A stretch of 34,669 nucleotides of DNA, from contig NGBS01000594.1 in NCBI GenBank assembly GCA_002245135.1, positions 124,001 to 158,669 of the forward strand, read 5' to 3'. This DNA comes from Proteromonas lacertae (lineage: Eukaryota). A program made the position numbers and the translations under genes. Below, piece after piece: positions 20,877 through 33,439 of the stretch. How positions within the stretch are numbered: position 1 is the first letter of the stretch; the number at the start of each line of letters is the position of its first letter. A model generated the notes under the pieces. The model was not told where the DNA came from. It ran no database searches and worked only from the letters and a program-made list of their open reading frames with translations.

Positions 20877-23800
20877 TTAATGAGTAGTTTTAGAAGCCAT
20901 ACGAAGTAAATCGTTGATTCTAGCTTCATTCTTAGTAATAATTGCTTTTTGACTTAGTATTTTCTGTTTCTGTTCCTTAATTTGTTCATCAATATCAGTT
21001 ATCTTTGATTGAATAGGTTTCAATAATTCTTCAGACTTTTTCTTTGCTTCTTCTAAAGATATCTTACTTCTCTTATATTCTTCATTCCATTGCAATAATT
21101 CTCTCTTCATAGTCTCTAAATCGTCTAATATAAAGTCCATGCATTTACCTAATGGAGCTGTACTTTGACAAATCTTTTGTACGTTATCTCTAAGAGTATC
21201 GACTTGTAATACACCAGCTACTGCGTTTTTATCCTTATTTCTTCTGTGTTTACCTAATTTAATACCACTACCACCACCTTCTTCACCATTCTCTTTATTA
21301 TTATCTTTTTCATTCTTATCATCTAATTTACTCTCTTTCTTAGATTCATCTAATATATCCTTTGCAAACTTTGTATGTTTTTCATTCTTATCAATAATAG
21401 TAGTTTTATTATCACCAACACCCATATTTCCACCAATCATATTGTTATCTTCTTCATCACTTTCTTCTTCTTTTTCAATTATTACACCAGCTGGTAAACC
21501 TCCTTCACTTCTGCCATCATTATCAGTAATATTGTCATACACCTTTGGTGGTCTCTTACGGATAGTACTAGAAGGACGAGCTATAATACGTGGTCCAAGA
21601 TCTTCTTCATTTTGTACTTTTTGTTCATTATCGATTGTTGGTGGTGGGTTTGTACTAATTGTAGTAGATGGTTGTCGACTTTGTTCAAATGGATTACTAC
21701 TAGCTGGTTGTTGTGATGACGATGATGGTATATTGACAGGTTCTGGTGGAACAATAGCAGTATCTCCACTTTCCATTCTTGATATTACACTGGTTGAATC
21801 TACATGATTAATTGCAGCTAAAGCTAAAGCTTGAAGGAACTTGTAATTATTTTCTGCTTCTTCTTTACCGGAGATTACTTTTACTACATTCCAATCGAAT
21901 TGAATATGATATGTCATTGATACTAATGTCAACATCTTTGTTAAATATTTTGCTTTTTCTTCTTTATCTTCTGATTTACCTTCTTCTGATGTGTATAAGC
22001 CTTTTCCGTAGTTTGAATGTTCTATTATATTCTCAAATACTTTATTAAGGAAGGAATATGGTGGTCTACCAAAGTGTTTTTCTTGGAATTTTGATGATAG
22101 TTTTGGATTAGCAACAGCTTCATCTACTAATAGTTTTGTTTTTTCAGCAGTTACTATTTATAATAATAATAATAGAATTAATAATATATATATATATATA
22201 TACATTCTAAGTTGGATATATCTGGTAAATTCTCTTTAGATTGTTGTTGTTGTTGTTGTTGAACTACTGGTTCTGAATGTTTTGTTTCTGTTTTTGTTTC
22301 TTCTATTGGATGTGATGGTGGTGCAGATGGAGCTGATGTTTCACCACTTTGATATGGTTTATCACCTGGTTTTTCACCTGCTAGTACTTTCTTTACTAAT
22401 TCATTACTATTTACTTTGTTTATACAACAGTAACTTAATAGTTGTAAGAATTTGTAATTGGTTTCAGCTTCTTCTTTTCCTGCTAATACCTTCTCAACAT
22501 TTATTGAAATTGCACCATAAACAAAACCAGTTAAATCAACTATCTTCTTCAAAAAGGATAGTTTTACTTCTTTATCTTCAATTGTTCCTTTTTCGGCATC
22601 ACTAAATAAACCATCACCAAATCCACTTGAATTTACCATCGCTAATATTGATCGTTGTAAGAATGAGAATGGAGGTCTACCAAAATGTTTCTCTTGAAAT
22701 TTTGAAGATAATTTAGCATCATTAACAGCAGTTGTAACGATTTCTTGAGTTTTTGGAGCAGTTACTAATTAAAATATATTAATAATAACATATATATACA
22801 TTCCAATGAGTTTGGATCTACAGGTGGTAATACTGGACCACTTGATGGAGCAGAAGCAGATGGTTTTGGTTCTGAATGTTTTGCTTCAGCAGCTGGTTTT
22901 GGTTTTGGTTCAGATTTTGATTCACTTTTACTTTCACTTCCACCACTTGGAGCAGAAGCACCACCACCACCTCCACTAGGTTTATCACCTGGTTTTTCAC
23001 CAGCTAGTACTTTCTTTACTAATTCATTACTATTTACTTTGTTTATACAACAGTAACTTAATAGTTGTAAGAATTTGTAATTGGTTTCAGCTTCTTCTTT
23101 TCCTGCTAATACCTTCTCAACATTTATTGAAATTGCACCATAAACAAAACCAGTTAAATCAACTATCTTCTTCAAAAAGGATAGTTTTACTTCTTTATCT
23201 TCAATTGTTCCTTTTTCGGCATCACTAAATAAACCATCACCAAATCCACTTGAATTTACCATCGCTAATATTGATCGTTGTAAGAATGAGAATGGAGGTC
23301 TACCAAAATGTTTCTCTTGAAATTTTGATGATAATTTAGCGTCATTAACAGCAGTTGTAACGATTTCTTGAGTCTTTGCTGCAGTAACTATATAATATAA
23401 ATAAATTGATTGTATAAATACGTTCTAGACTATTCGGATCGACTGGAAGTCCACCAGCTGAAGATGATGGTTTTGATTCTGAATGTTTTGCTTCAGCAGC
23501 TGGTTTTGGTTTTGGCTCGGATTTTGATTCACTTTTACTTTCATTTCCACCACTTCCTCCTCCTTCACTTGGAGTAGCTCCTGGTTTTTCACCTGCTAGT
23601 ACTTTCTTTACTAATTCATTACTATTTACTTTGTTTATACAACAGTAACTTAATAGTTGTAAGAATTTGTAATTGGTTTCAGCTTCTTCTTTTCCTGCTA
23701 ATACCTTCTCAACATTTATTGAAATTGCACCATAAACAAAACCAGTTAAATCAACTATCTTCTTCAAAAAGGATAGTTTTACTTCTTTATCTTCAATTGT

Positions 23801-24053
23801 TCCTTTTTCGGCATCACTAAATAAACCATCACCAAATCCACTTGAATTTACCATCGCTAATATTGATCGTTGTAAGAATGAGAATGGAGGTCTACCAAAA
23901 TGTTTCTCTTGAAATTTTGATGATAATTTAGCGTCATTAACAGCAGTTGTAACGATTTCTTGAGTCTTTGCTGCAGTTACTAGATAATGATAGGCATAAT
24001 ATTAATTTAAATTTTATACATTCCAGACTATTGGGATCGACTGGTGGAGGCAT
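20877..24053 (-). CDS. TRAF3IP1: IFT54/TRAF3IP1 (MIP-T3) homologue with four tandem CH domains. Introns 23980..24019, 23388..23421, 22765..22799, 22154..22203.
   Basis: CH motif RPPFSFL...SGFGDGLF...K.SFLKKI...KVLAGKE..TNYKFLQ occurs four times, followed by ARPSSTIRKRPPK and the C-terminal coil QKICQSTAPLGKCMDFILDDLETMKREL. All four introns are phase 1 and keep the frame. Confidence 0.88.
22365..23979 (-). repeat. Three near-identical ~400-bp CH-coding units (22365..22764, 22988..23387, 23580..23979)
   Basis: The ORF-track translations are identical over MVNSSGF...GEKPG, while linkers and introns differ. Confidence 0.95.
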
Positions 24054-24245
24054 TATAATTCTAAAAAAAATGTAACAGCTTTTTAAAAAAACAAATTCGG
24101 TTATTAGACTGAAAATTTTGATACACCAGAATAATTTGAATTACAAAAATGTCATATAGTAGGTAAGTTGCTGTTATAATAACTCATTATCCTATTATAA
24201 CTAATTTAAACAAAACTATATAATAATAACAATTAATCAGAATTA

Positions 24246-25159
24246 TTAGTCTTCTAATCCACTACTACTACTATCATCATCTTCTTCCTCATCATCATCC
24301 TCATCTTCATCTTCATCTTCATCTTCATCATCTCCTTCTTCATTCAACTCATCAATATAATCCAACACATCTGGATCATTATAAAGTGTTTCATCTTCAT
24401 CATGTACCTTATTACTCCAATTTATAATCTGTTGTTTGGTAATAATGCTTTCTTCTTCAAGTATTCTCAATACAACAGGAAAGAAATCCCTCATAGAACC
24501 ATTCTCTTGATTCAAAAAATATATTTCACATAAATCAACAGTTTCAATCATCAGTGAATCAATATCCATACCAGTAATGAACTTTTTCAATAATTCACCA
24601 TAATTCGATAGATTCTCTCTATATATTTGAGTAATTTTATCTTTCATCTCATCACTACCATCATACTTCAAATATTCTTCTTTAGGACACATATCTAACA
24701 TCGCTGGAACTAATGCTTCAATTGCATTAATTAAAGACAAATTCTTTGACCTTAAAAACACATTTATTTCTAAATGAATATCTTTTATATCATGATCCTG
24801 CTTAATTCCATCTAATAAATAGTCTTTAATTTCTTCAGTGTAATGAACATCTTTTTCATCTTCATCATCTTCTCCATTATCATCATTTTCTATGAAATTT
24901 GTACATTTCTTCAATATATTAATATCCCAATTTGAATATAACGATTCTCTATTTTCTAATATTGATTGAGCAATGAAGGAATCGCTATTAGATGATGATA
25001 TATTAGATTTTGCTTCAAATTTGTAATTTGTATAACATTTTTCATTGATTTTGTAACCTTTACCACCTTCACCAACTAAATTCTTATCAACTTCTGGAAA
25101 TTGTGTATCTTTTGCTAATGGAAAAACATTTCCATCATAATCACAAATAGTAGGAGGAC

Positions 25160-25191
<32 letters not shown>

Positions 25192-26623
25192 TATATATAT
25201 ATATATATATATACATTATAGTGAATCTTAAATCATATAATCCCACACTATTCTTAAGGCAACATCCTGATCCAATGATTGATCCATTCATTGTAGTGAT
25301 TTCTTTACCTAAATTTACACTACTTCCTATTATACAATGTTTTAAATCACAATCTTCATTTATAGTACATCCATTCCATATATAACTATTCTCTATTCTA
25401 ACATTCTTACTAATTCTACAATTTGATCCAATTACACTATTTTTGATTATACAATTATCATCGATTGTTGTATTTGAACCTATTACACTTCTTTCAATGA
25501 GTGTATCGATTAAACTAATATTCACATTTTCATCTATATAATTACCATGACGGTATGTATAATTAGTTTTTCTTGTTATATTTCTATCAGGAATTATTGG
25601 ATATAACCATCTACCTATTATTGATTGACTTGTCTTATCATATGTATAAGGAGACTATTAAATAAATATATATATATAAATATATATATGTACATTTATA
25701 TCACCTAAATATATATTATTTGGTATAAATAAACTAAAATAAAAGTCTTTTTCAAAATCTCTATTTGCTACTTCTTTACTTATATAATCACTTCTAAAAT
25801 TATGATAGTCGAAATTATCACTAAATCGTACCAAAACCTTTGGTGAACAGATATATACATGACTATCGATTAAATTGTAATTTATTTTGACACTACTGTG
25901 AGTTTCGTAAATCTCATTTTCTAATTCGATAAATCCTTTCTCAATTTCGTCATTATAATATACCATTTGATTAGTTTCTTTATCATAACATACCACCAAG
26001 TCACTATTGATATCACGGTTGTGATTATGTAATTGATATTTGGAAAAACAGACTGTAATCATCTTTTCTATCTTTTTACTTTCTAAACTGTTGTGATCTT
26101 TGATTGCATCTGCTAAATTGATATTTGTAATAACATCTCCATCTACTAATATGAAAGATGAATTTTTTGATTCACCATTTTCATTATCATCGTTTTCATA
26201 AACTAATACGCCTAATTTGTCTAAATGGCGAAGGAAATCACCTGTAGATTTGGCATTATCTGGTTGTATAAACTCTATTTTCATTTGATAGTCACTATAT
26301 CATTATAAGATATAATAATACTCTTGATCATATAGATTATTTATATAATCTTTGATTAACTCATCAGCTCGACCTTTTCTCAAACACAGATATAAATTTG
26401 TTACACCGTTGGAAGAAAGCCATTCTAATATATATTCAATTACTGGAATATTCACCAATGGAAAAAGACACTACAAAAATTATAATATCTATAATACTTT
26501 TGGTCTTTCACAAGATAAAGGAATAAACTCCTTAGAAACAGTATCAGGGATATAAATTGCCTATGATTATAGCAATAAAAGTATAAATACAGATAACTTG
26601 TGCTTCTTTTGCAAGATAGACAT
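24246..26623 (-). CDS. EIF2B5: Translation initiation factor eIF2B epsilon. Introns 26561..26590, 26471..26497, 26295..26321, 25655..25693, 25159..25214.
   Basis: FIPLS.ERPKCLFPLVNIPVIEYILEWL, STGDFLR, FILVDGDVITNINL, ICSP.VL..FSDNFDY, GRWLYP, hexapeptide repeats and a W2-like acidic C-terminus. Confidence 0.92.
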
Positions 26624-26688
26624 GAAATTAAAAATTAATACAAAAATACACTTTCTTCAAACAAGTTTGTAATTCTCATTTTTAGAAA

Positions 26689-29077
26689 ATGGGAATTCCT
26701 GCATTATATAAGTGGTTATGTAATAAATATCCTAAAATCATAGAGCCTGTTAAAAGTAATACTGTTTTTGATGAAAATTCTTATGGTCTAAATGATCCAA
26801 ATGGTTTTGATATTGATAATTTTTATATAGACACGAATGGGTATAATTGATAATATATATAAATATATAATTATTGTATTATATAGATTAATACATCCAG
26901 TTTGTCATCCACAAGGAGTAGAACCACCAGAAACAGAAGAAGAGATGTATGAATTGATAATAAAACTGTTAAAAAGATTAATATTCATGATTCATCCAAA
27001 TAATCTGATTTACATTGCCATAGATGGTGTTGCTCCAAGAGCAAAAATGAATCAACAAAGAATTCGTCGAGCCAATGCAGCTCGAGATGCAGAGATAGAA
27101 GAAAAAGCATCAAAAGAAATAATAGAAGAAATGAAAAAGAATGGTTTAAACCCTCCAGAATATAATAAGAAATGGGATAGTAATGCAATAACTCCAGGTA
27201 CAAAATTTATGATAAATTTAAACAAGAGAATAAAAGAGTTTATAAGAAATGATTTAATGAAGAATGAGAAATTAAAGAATGTGAAAATAATATTTAACAG
27301 TAGTGAAGTAGTAGGAGAAGGTGAACATAAAATAATGAATTTTATTCGTCAACAAAGATTATATCCAAGTTATAATGCTAATACAAGTCACTGTGTTTAT
27401 GGATTAGATGCAGATTTAATAATCTTATCATTAGCAACTCATGAAGTAAATATGAAAATATTGAGAGAAAATACCAATACTAGTGAAAATGATAGAATTC
27501 AATATAAAGACATAAATGACATAATATATAAAAGTTTATATGAAATATTAAATATCTCAACATTGAGAGAATATTTAGGAAGGATTGAGTTTAGTGCTAA
27601 TGAATTTAAGAATTTAAATATTGAATTAAATTTTGAACATGTGATAGATGATTTTATATTCTTAATTATGTTTGTAGGAAATGATTTTTTACCTCATATC
27701 CCAAGTATCAATATTCGAGAAGGTGCAATAGATGTGATGATATTATATTATAAGAAATATTTCAATGAAATAGGTGGTTATTTAATGGAGAATAACAAAT
27801 GTCAATTTGATAGAATCTCCAAATATTTGAAAGAATTAAGTAAGTTAGAACCAATAATATTTAAATTACGATATGAAAATGGAAAGAGTTATGAAGAATA
27901 TATATCAAAGAAAATGAATAATGAAATGGAAAACAAAAATGAACCAATAAAAAGATCTTTTAATAATAATGATAATGACAATGAAAATGAACCAAATAAA
28001 AGAATATGTAATAATGCAGTATTATTAAATGATGGTGGTTATAATGATGAAGATAATTATAGATATAGTAAAATATTAAGAAAAGAAATATTTAATGAAG
28101 AAGAAGAAGAAATTGATATGAAAGAGGAAGATAAAATGGAAATAATTGAAGAAAAAGAAAGAGATATAACAAAAGAATTATTTGTAAATGAAATCCATGA
28201 AAAATGTTATAATGAAAAGAAATTGGTATATGAAGATAAAGTTCATTTAGAAGAAGATGGTTATAAAGAAAGATATTATATAATAAAATTTGAATTGGAA
28301 AATGATGAAGATGTAGAAGTATTTAGTAAGAAAGTTTCAATGGAATATATGAAAGGAATAGAATGGATTATTAATTATTATTATAATGGATGTATTAGTT
28401 GGAGTTGGTATTATCCTTATCATTATTCTCCATTTTTAAGTGATTTATGTTTAATTGATGAATGTAATTGGATATTTGATTTAAACAAACCATTTAGTAG
28501 TAATGAACAATTGATGAGTGTATTACCATCCAAAAGTTTAGAATTAGTTCCAAACTGTTATAGAGATTTAATGACAAATCCTAAATCTGCAATATTTCAT
28601 TTTTATAGAAACGATTTTAAAATAGATCCAAATGGGAATTATCAACCATGGCTATATGTTAGTTTATTACCAGCAATAGATGAAGAATTATTAATAAAGA
28701 CATTAAAAAGTAAAGAAAATGAGCTAAGTGAAGAAGAAAAAGAAAGAAATAGAATAGGTGAAATAATGTTATATATATGTAATAAAAATGATGTATATGA
28801 AGTATTATTGAAATATGTTAAAGTAGATGAATATGTATTAATTCCAGATATTGGATTGAATGGTTTAATAAAGAAAAGTGAAAATAATGAAAATAATAAT
28901 AATAATAGTTATTTAGAAGTTTATTATAAATTAGAAGAACCATATAGAAAACATATTAATAGTTTATTAAGTAAAGCAATATTACCTAAAATGAAGTTGA
29001 ATGAGAATGATAGTTATAGTAATATGTATATAAAGAAAGGAATAGTTTATAAATATGTATTAGAACATTTGAATTAA
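26689..29077 (+). CDS. XRN2: 5'-3' exoribonuclease XRN2/Rat1. Intron 26841..26886.
   Basis: MGIPALYKWL..KYP, DNFYIDTNGLIHP..HP, AIDGVAPRAKMNQQR, WDSNAITPGT, GEGEHKIM, YGLDADLI, GNDFLPH, SWSWYYPYHYSP. Confidence 0.92.
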
Positions 29078-29102
29078 AATATTGTTTATTGCTGTTGTAA
29101 TT

Positions 29103-29110
29103 TGTTTGTT
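29103..29110 (+). promoter_or_regulatory. TGTTTGTT putative 3'-end processing motif downstream of XRN2
   Basis: Exact motif 25 nt after the stop codon. Confidence 0.45.
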
Positions 29111-29899
29111 TAATAGATTTCTTTTAATAAAGAAATGTAGTTGAGATTAGGGTTGAGTTAAAATGATCATTTACTTTTATAAATAAATACCCACATTCTC
29201 TTATTTCCCTTTTCCCTTTTCTCATCATCTTTATGTAAATATATAACAAAAATAACGAAATTTGATTTTTATCAAAATTTGGAACACGATAAGAATTTTC
29301 TAAGTGCTTTTTGTGACTTTAAATAGATTTTTCTCAATAACTATAAGGAATAAAATAGTAAAAATTTGTCAAACGATGTATCATGCTTTGAGCTTTATCA
29401 TAGTATACTTAGTTTCATAATTACCTCTTTCATGTCATTCGTCTGTTTTTGATATGTTACATTATAATTGAATAACAACAAACATAAATAATAACATTGA
29501 TATATTTTTATTTGATTTATATCATTTATTAGCTTTAAAAACTATAATACATCTCGAACTGTACTGATTTTAAATACCACGTATTTGGCTAATAGGGACT
29601 GAAATATGTTAATAAATTTTATACGTAATCACTACCTATATACGATATGTATAGTATAGGAGTATTCCAGAAAGGACGATATTAATTTTGACTAGGTAAT
29701 TGAATGTAATCATGATATTATGTGATTTTTGATGTATGTGTGTGTAGTTAAATAGAGCCATATTGCTATTTTTGACTAATTGCTTCTAATTAAGAAGATA
29801 TCAAAATATTTTTCATATCAGCACTATATGCTGTATTATTATGTTAATCTGAATAGCTAAACCCCATAAATACACTGTATAACATATATTATAGATAAA

Positions 29900-31402
29900 T
29901 TACTGAATCAATATTCTTCTCCCCTGGAATTCTGTTGCTATTCTAATAAAATAACTATTAAAATATAAAAATAACTATAATACTTATATAATCATCTATA
30001 ATATCTATAAACATAATAACAAATTAAAACATACCAGTATAGCTTAACATGCAAGTTGCTGATATTCTCTGCCTTTCATCGATTAGTACAATGCTAAACA
30101 GCTATAATAAAATATAATATACTAAAATAGTTATACTTTTTCTAATTATAAAATATAATATATAAACTGGATGTTTCTACTGTTCTTCACCTGGAATTCT
30201 AATGCAATTCATCTAATGATAATATATAAATAAGAATATACTTTGAATTATTGAAATTATATTCAATACTCTACTAACAATATATAAATAAGAATAATAT
30301 ACTAATATACTTATAAGAATATATTCATTTACCTATTATAAAATAATAAAAATAATACTGGATATACTAACTCAATAATACCACTATATACAAATCCAAA
30401 TGTTATTTTCATATAATGGAGTAAAAACTAATAGAGTAAATAATAGATCAAATACTTCTTAAATATAGGATTATCATTAACTTGATTCAATAAATACAAT
30501 GATTGAACTGTTTCTAAATCAATTAATCCAAGAATAACATCAGCTAAATACTCTTGAATTGGAGATGGTTTAGAAGCTTCCAAGTTTTTTAATTACTATG
30601 AATAAATAAAATAAAATCAGAATATTCGTATCATCATACTTAATTTTCGTGTTCTCATCGAATGAATTGTTGAACTTACGATATATGTCTTTTCTACAGT
30701 TACTGTTTTGGCAACACCTGAAATCACACCAATTGTTGAATAAACATACCTAATAATTCATCCTAACAAAAATAATTATAAAAAATATACTAATTCATCT
30801 TAGCTTCTTCATCATCAGACTTTACTATTTTATATTATAATAACAATTATACTTATTTGTATTTGTTGGATTAATCGTTGATGGTAAACTTGGTTTATAT
30901 TCTAATTATCCTAGTCTGACACCTAATTTAGATAATAAAATATATGATAATTGCTATAATACCAATATGCTAAATTAACAGAAATAGTTGAATTTCCTAC
31001 TACTTATAACTCGAATAATATGTTGTACATCAAAAGTGCCAAATGTATTAACAAGGTAAAAGTTTGTATATGTAGTTGATGAGCTTTAGTAAGACAGACT
31101 AAATCAAAGATGATAGTTGTATTTTTTTCTTCAAATGTTCTTAATTCTTCCCTTAGTTATAATATCTTTGATTTTTAATTATTAGAACTATTATCTAATT
31201 AACATATATGATAATATTATACTTCCTTCAACAATTATAATCAATTCCTGCTCTTTGTATTGTTTTGTATATTTCTTATCTGTAATAACAACACTTGTGC
31301 TGCCATTGTTATATTCTATATAAAATTATATACTATATATACTCATAACACAACAGAAGAAAAAAGAATTAAAGTGTATTTCAAAAATTATATTCGTTTC
31401 AT
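29900..31402 (-). pseudogene. Probable intron-dense gene relic made of very short exons; product unknown
   Basis: Many ~27-33 nt GTAT...TAG intron-like tracts on the minus strand (e.g. near 31316..31342, 31194..31222, 30213..30241, 30333..30358) separate short coding-like pieces (YVYSTIGVISGVAKTVTVEK, LEASKPSPIQEYLADVILG). I could not build a stop-free model. Confidence 0.4.
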
Positions 31403-32272
31403 TTTTTAAGTTTTGAGAAATTAAATGAATGTATAAGTTTAGATTATTTTTATTATAGTGAATAGATAATAATATATAGTGTACATGTCAATTTGATGTT
31501 TGATTCACATAAAGATGCTTAAAATAAATATCCAAGTAAAAATGTGAAGTGAAAGGCGGTTAAGGAGAAAGTAAATATGCAAATTAATCTATTGGCTATA
31601 TAAGTTATTGTCTAAAAATCAAATTTCAATAGATTCAAGGAATTATTTTATATGTGATTGTATTTATACTAATGTTACAACAAATTACTATCATGTGAGT
31701 AGAATGAGTATAGTGAGTAATTTTTCGACTTGGTTATGCCAAATTGTGAATATAGGAAGTGAAGAGAAGAGAGAATATGATAAACCTAAGAGAATATTAC
31801 AATCTTCCACATGTTTATACTATTAATTCAGTAGTAAATGTTCGAATTGGATTTGTTTCTTATTTAGGTTGGATATTACAACAACTAAGATAACACCGAA
31901 TATGTTATATGCAAAAGTATCATTAGCTAATGATTATTTGAATTAGTGTTATTATAAACTGATATACAGGTAAAATAAAAGCTTCCTATACATTTGATGT
32001 ATGGTTTTTATAATAGAAACAGATAATGGTGACTAATACTCATCATCCATTATAAATGTAATAATAGATACCTAAGCCACTGACTATTTGTCAGGATGAC
32101 TTAAGAATACTCTGTAGCAATATAACGGTTATTTCCCCCTTTGGCTTATTACTATTGCTATTACTATTACTATTATTATTATTATTATATAGATATATAT
32201 TATATTACTTTATAATGAAAAAATAAAAAAGAATAAAAAAGAATAAAAGAGAATTAATATTTATATATAAAT

Positions 32273-33436
32273 ATGAAATTTTTAGACATTCTAGTTCAAT
32301 TATACCCTAATATAATACATGATGATGTTTATTATAGTAATTCTTACAACGTGTTGGTAGTTGATGATACTATTTATAATTTCAATGAAAATACTCAAAA
32401 ATATTATGAAGTAGTTTTTTATGAAGAATTCACAAATATTGATGAATTAATTAATATATACAATAATAAGAAAGTAAATATATATTTTCAAACAGACAAA
32501 CCATCCATCATCATTACATTGTTAAGATTTAATGTTATTATAATTTATAAAAATCAATTCATATCTACAAAAGTGGCTCAATATTACTTAAGACAAAATT
32601 TAGATAATAAAAATGAAGATTTTCTTTCTATAATAATGAAAAAGATGTAATAATGGATAAAGTTATTGATAACTTTCTATTTCTTGCTTTTATATATTTC
32701 AGTAAAGTAATTACTACAAATGTAGAAAGAAATATACCATTGTTTTATAAGTTAATTGATTGTTATAAAAGAATTAATAATAAATACAGAGATTTTGGAA
32801 AGTGTGTAAAATATGTATTTGATGTAATAGGAGAGTTGGATAGAGAAATTATAAAGAAAGCAAATGAAGAGGTTATAATAGAGAAATTATATTATCCTCA
32901 ATTCTATAAAAGTTTTAATGTAATAAAGGGAAAAACAATCAATTATAATAAAAAAAATGGTAAGTAGTATTAATGATATAGATTATATAAATAATAATTA
33001 TTGTGTATTAGATTCTATCAATCCATTTTTATTCAAAAGAAATTATACTAGTAAAAAATCAGTGGAAGATATGGAATATTTGGTTGGTAAATCAATTAGA
33101 ATTGATTTTCCTTATTATTTAACAAATGTAATAATTGATAGAATATTGTCATATAATTATACAATACAAAGTAAAGGATATGTTACAAGATCAAGTAGAA
33201 ACAATAAATCAGCTGTATTAGATTTTTTGAAAATTAAAGAAACAATTAATGAAGAATATAGAAAAGGTAAGTACATTATTCAATACTCTGTAGAAGATAA
33301 AGTTCATTATATTTCACTAGATGAAATAAATATTGATAGTGTAATGAATAGAGGAAAAAGAAAAAGAAGAGAAAAAGTAATTAATAGAGAAGATACACAC
33401 AATAATAAAAGAATAGATGTGATAATAATAATATAA
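32273..33436 (+). other. Three abutting intronless ORFs (32273..32650, 32653..32967, 32957..33436), possibly pieces of one broken transposon-derived ORF
   Basis: Same strand with 2-bp spacing and 11-bp overlap, directly upstream of a transposase relic. TIQSKGY...RNNKSAV resembles CACTA transposase C-terminal regions (weak). Confidence 0.35.
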
Positions 33437-33439
33437 GTA

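Noticed and set aside
21442..23000. Overlapping short ORFs within IFT54 (21442, 21581, 21812, 22282, 22818)
   Set aside because: Alternative-frame or antisense artefacts of a well-supported gene.
22365..23979. Repeat-spacer pattern as a CRISPR-like array
   Set aside because: The units are ~400-bp protein-coding domains with introns, and there are no cas genes.
25159..25214. (AAT)n/(AT)n microsatellites in introns and near 32150..32200
   Set aside because: Ordinary slippage tracts in an AT-rich genome.
31383..31403. Partial inverted match (aatgaaacgaatata) to the 13391..13410 repeat region
   Set aside because: Only 15 bp in very AT-rich DNA and it brackets housekeeping genes. Kept only as a caveat for the 26-bp repeat.
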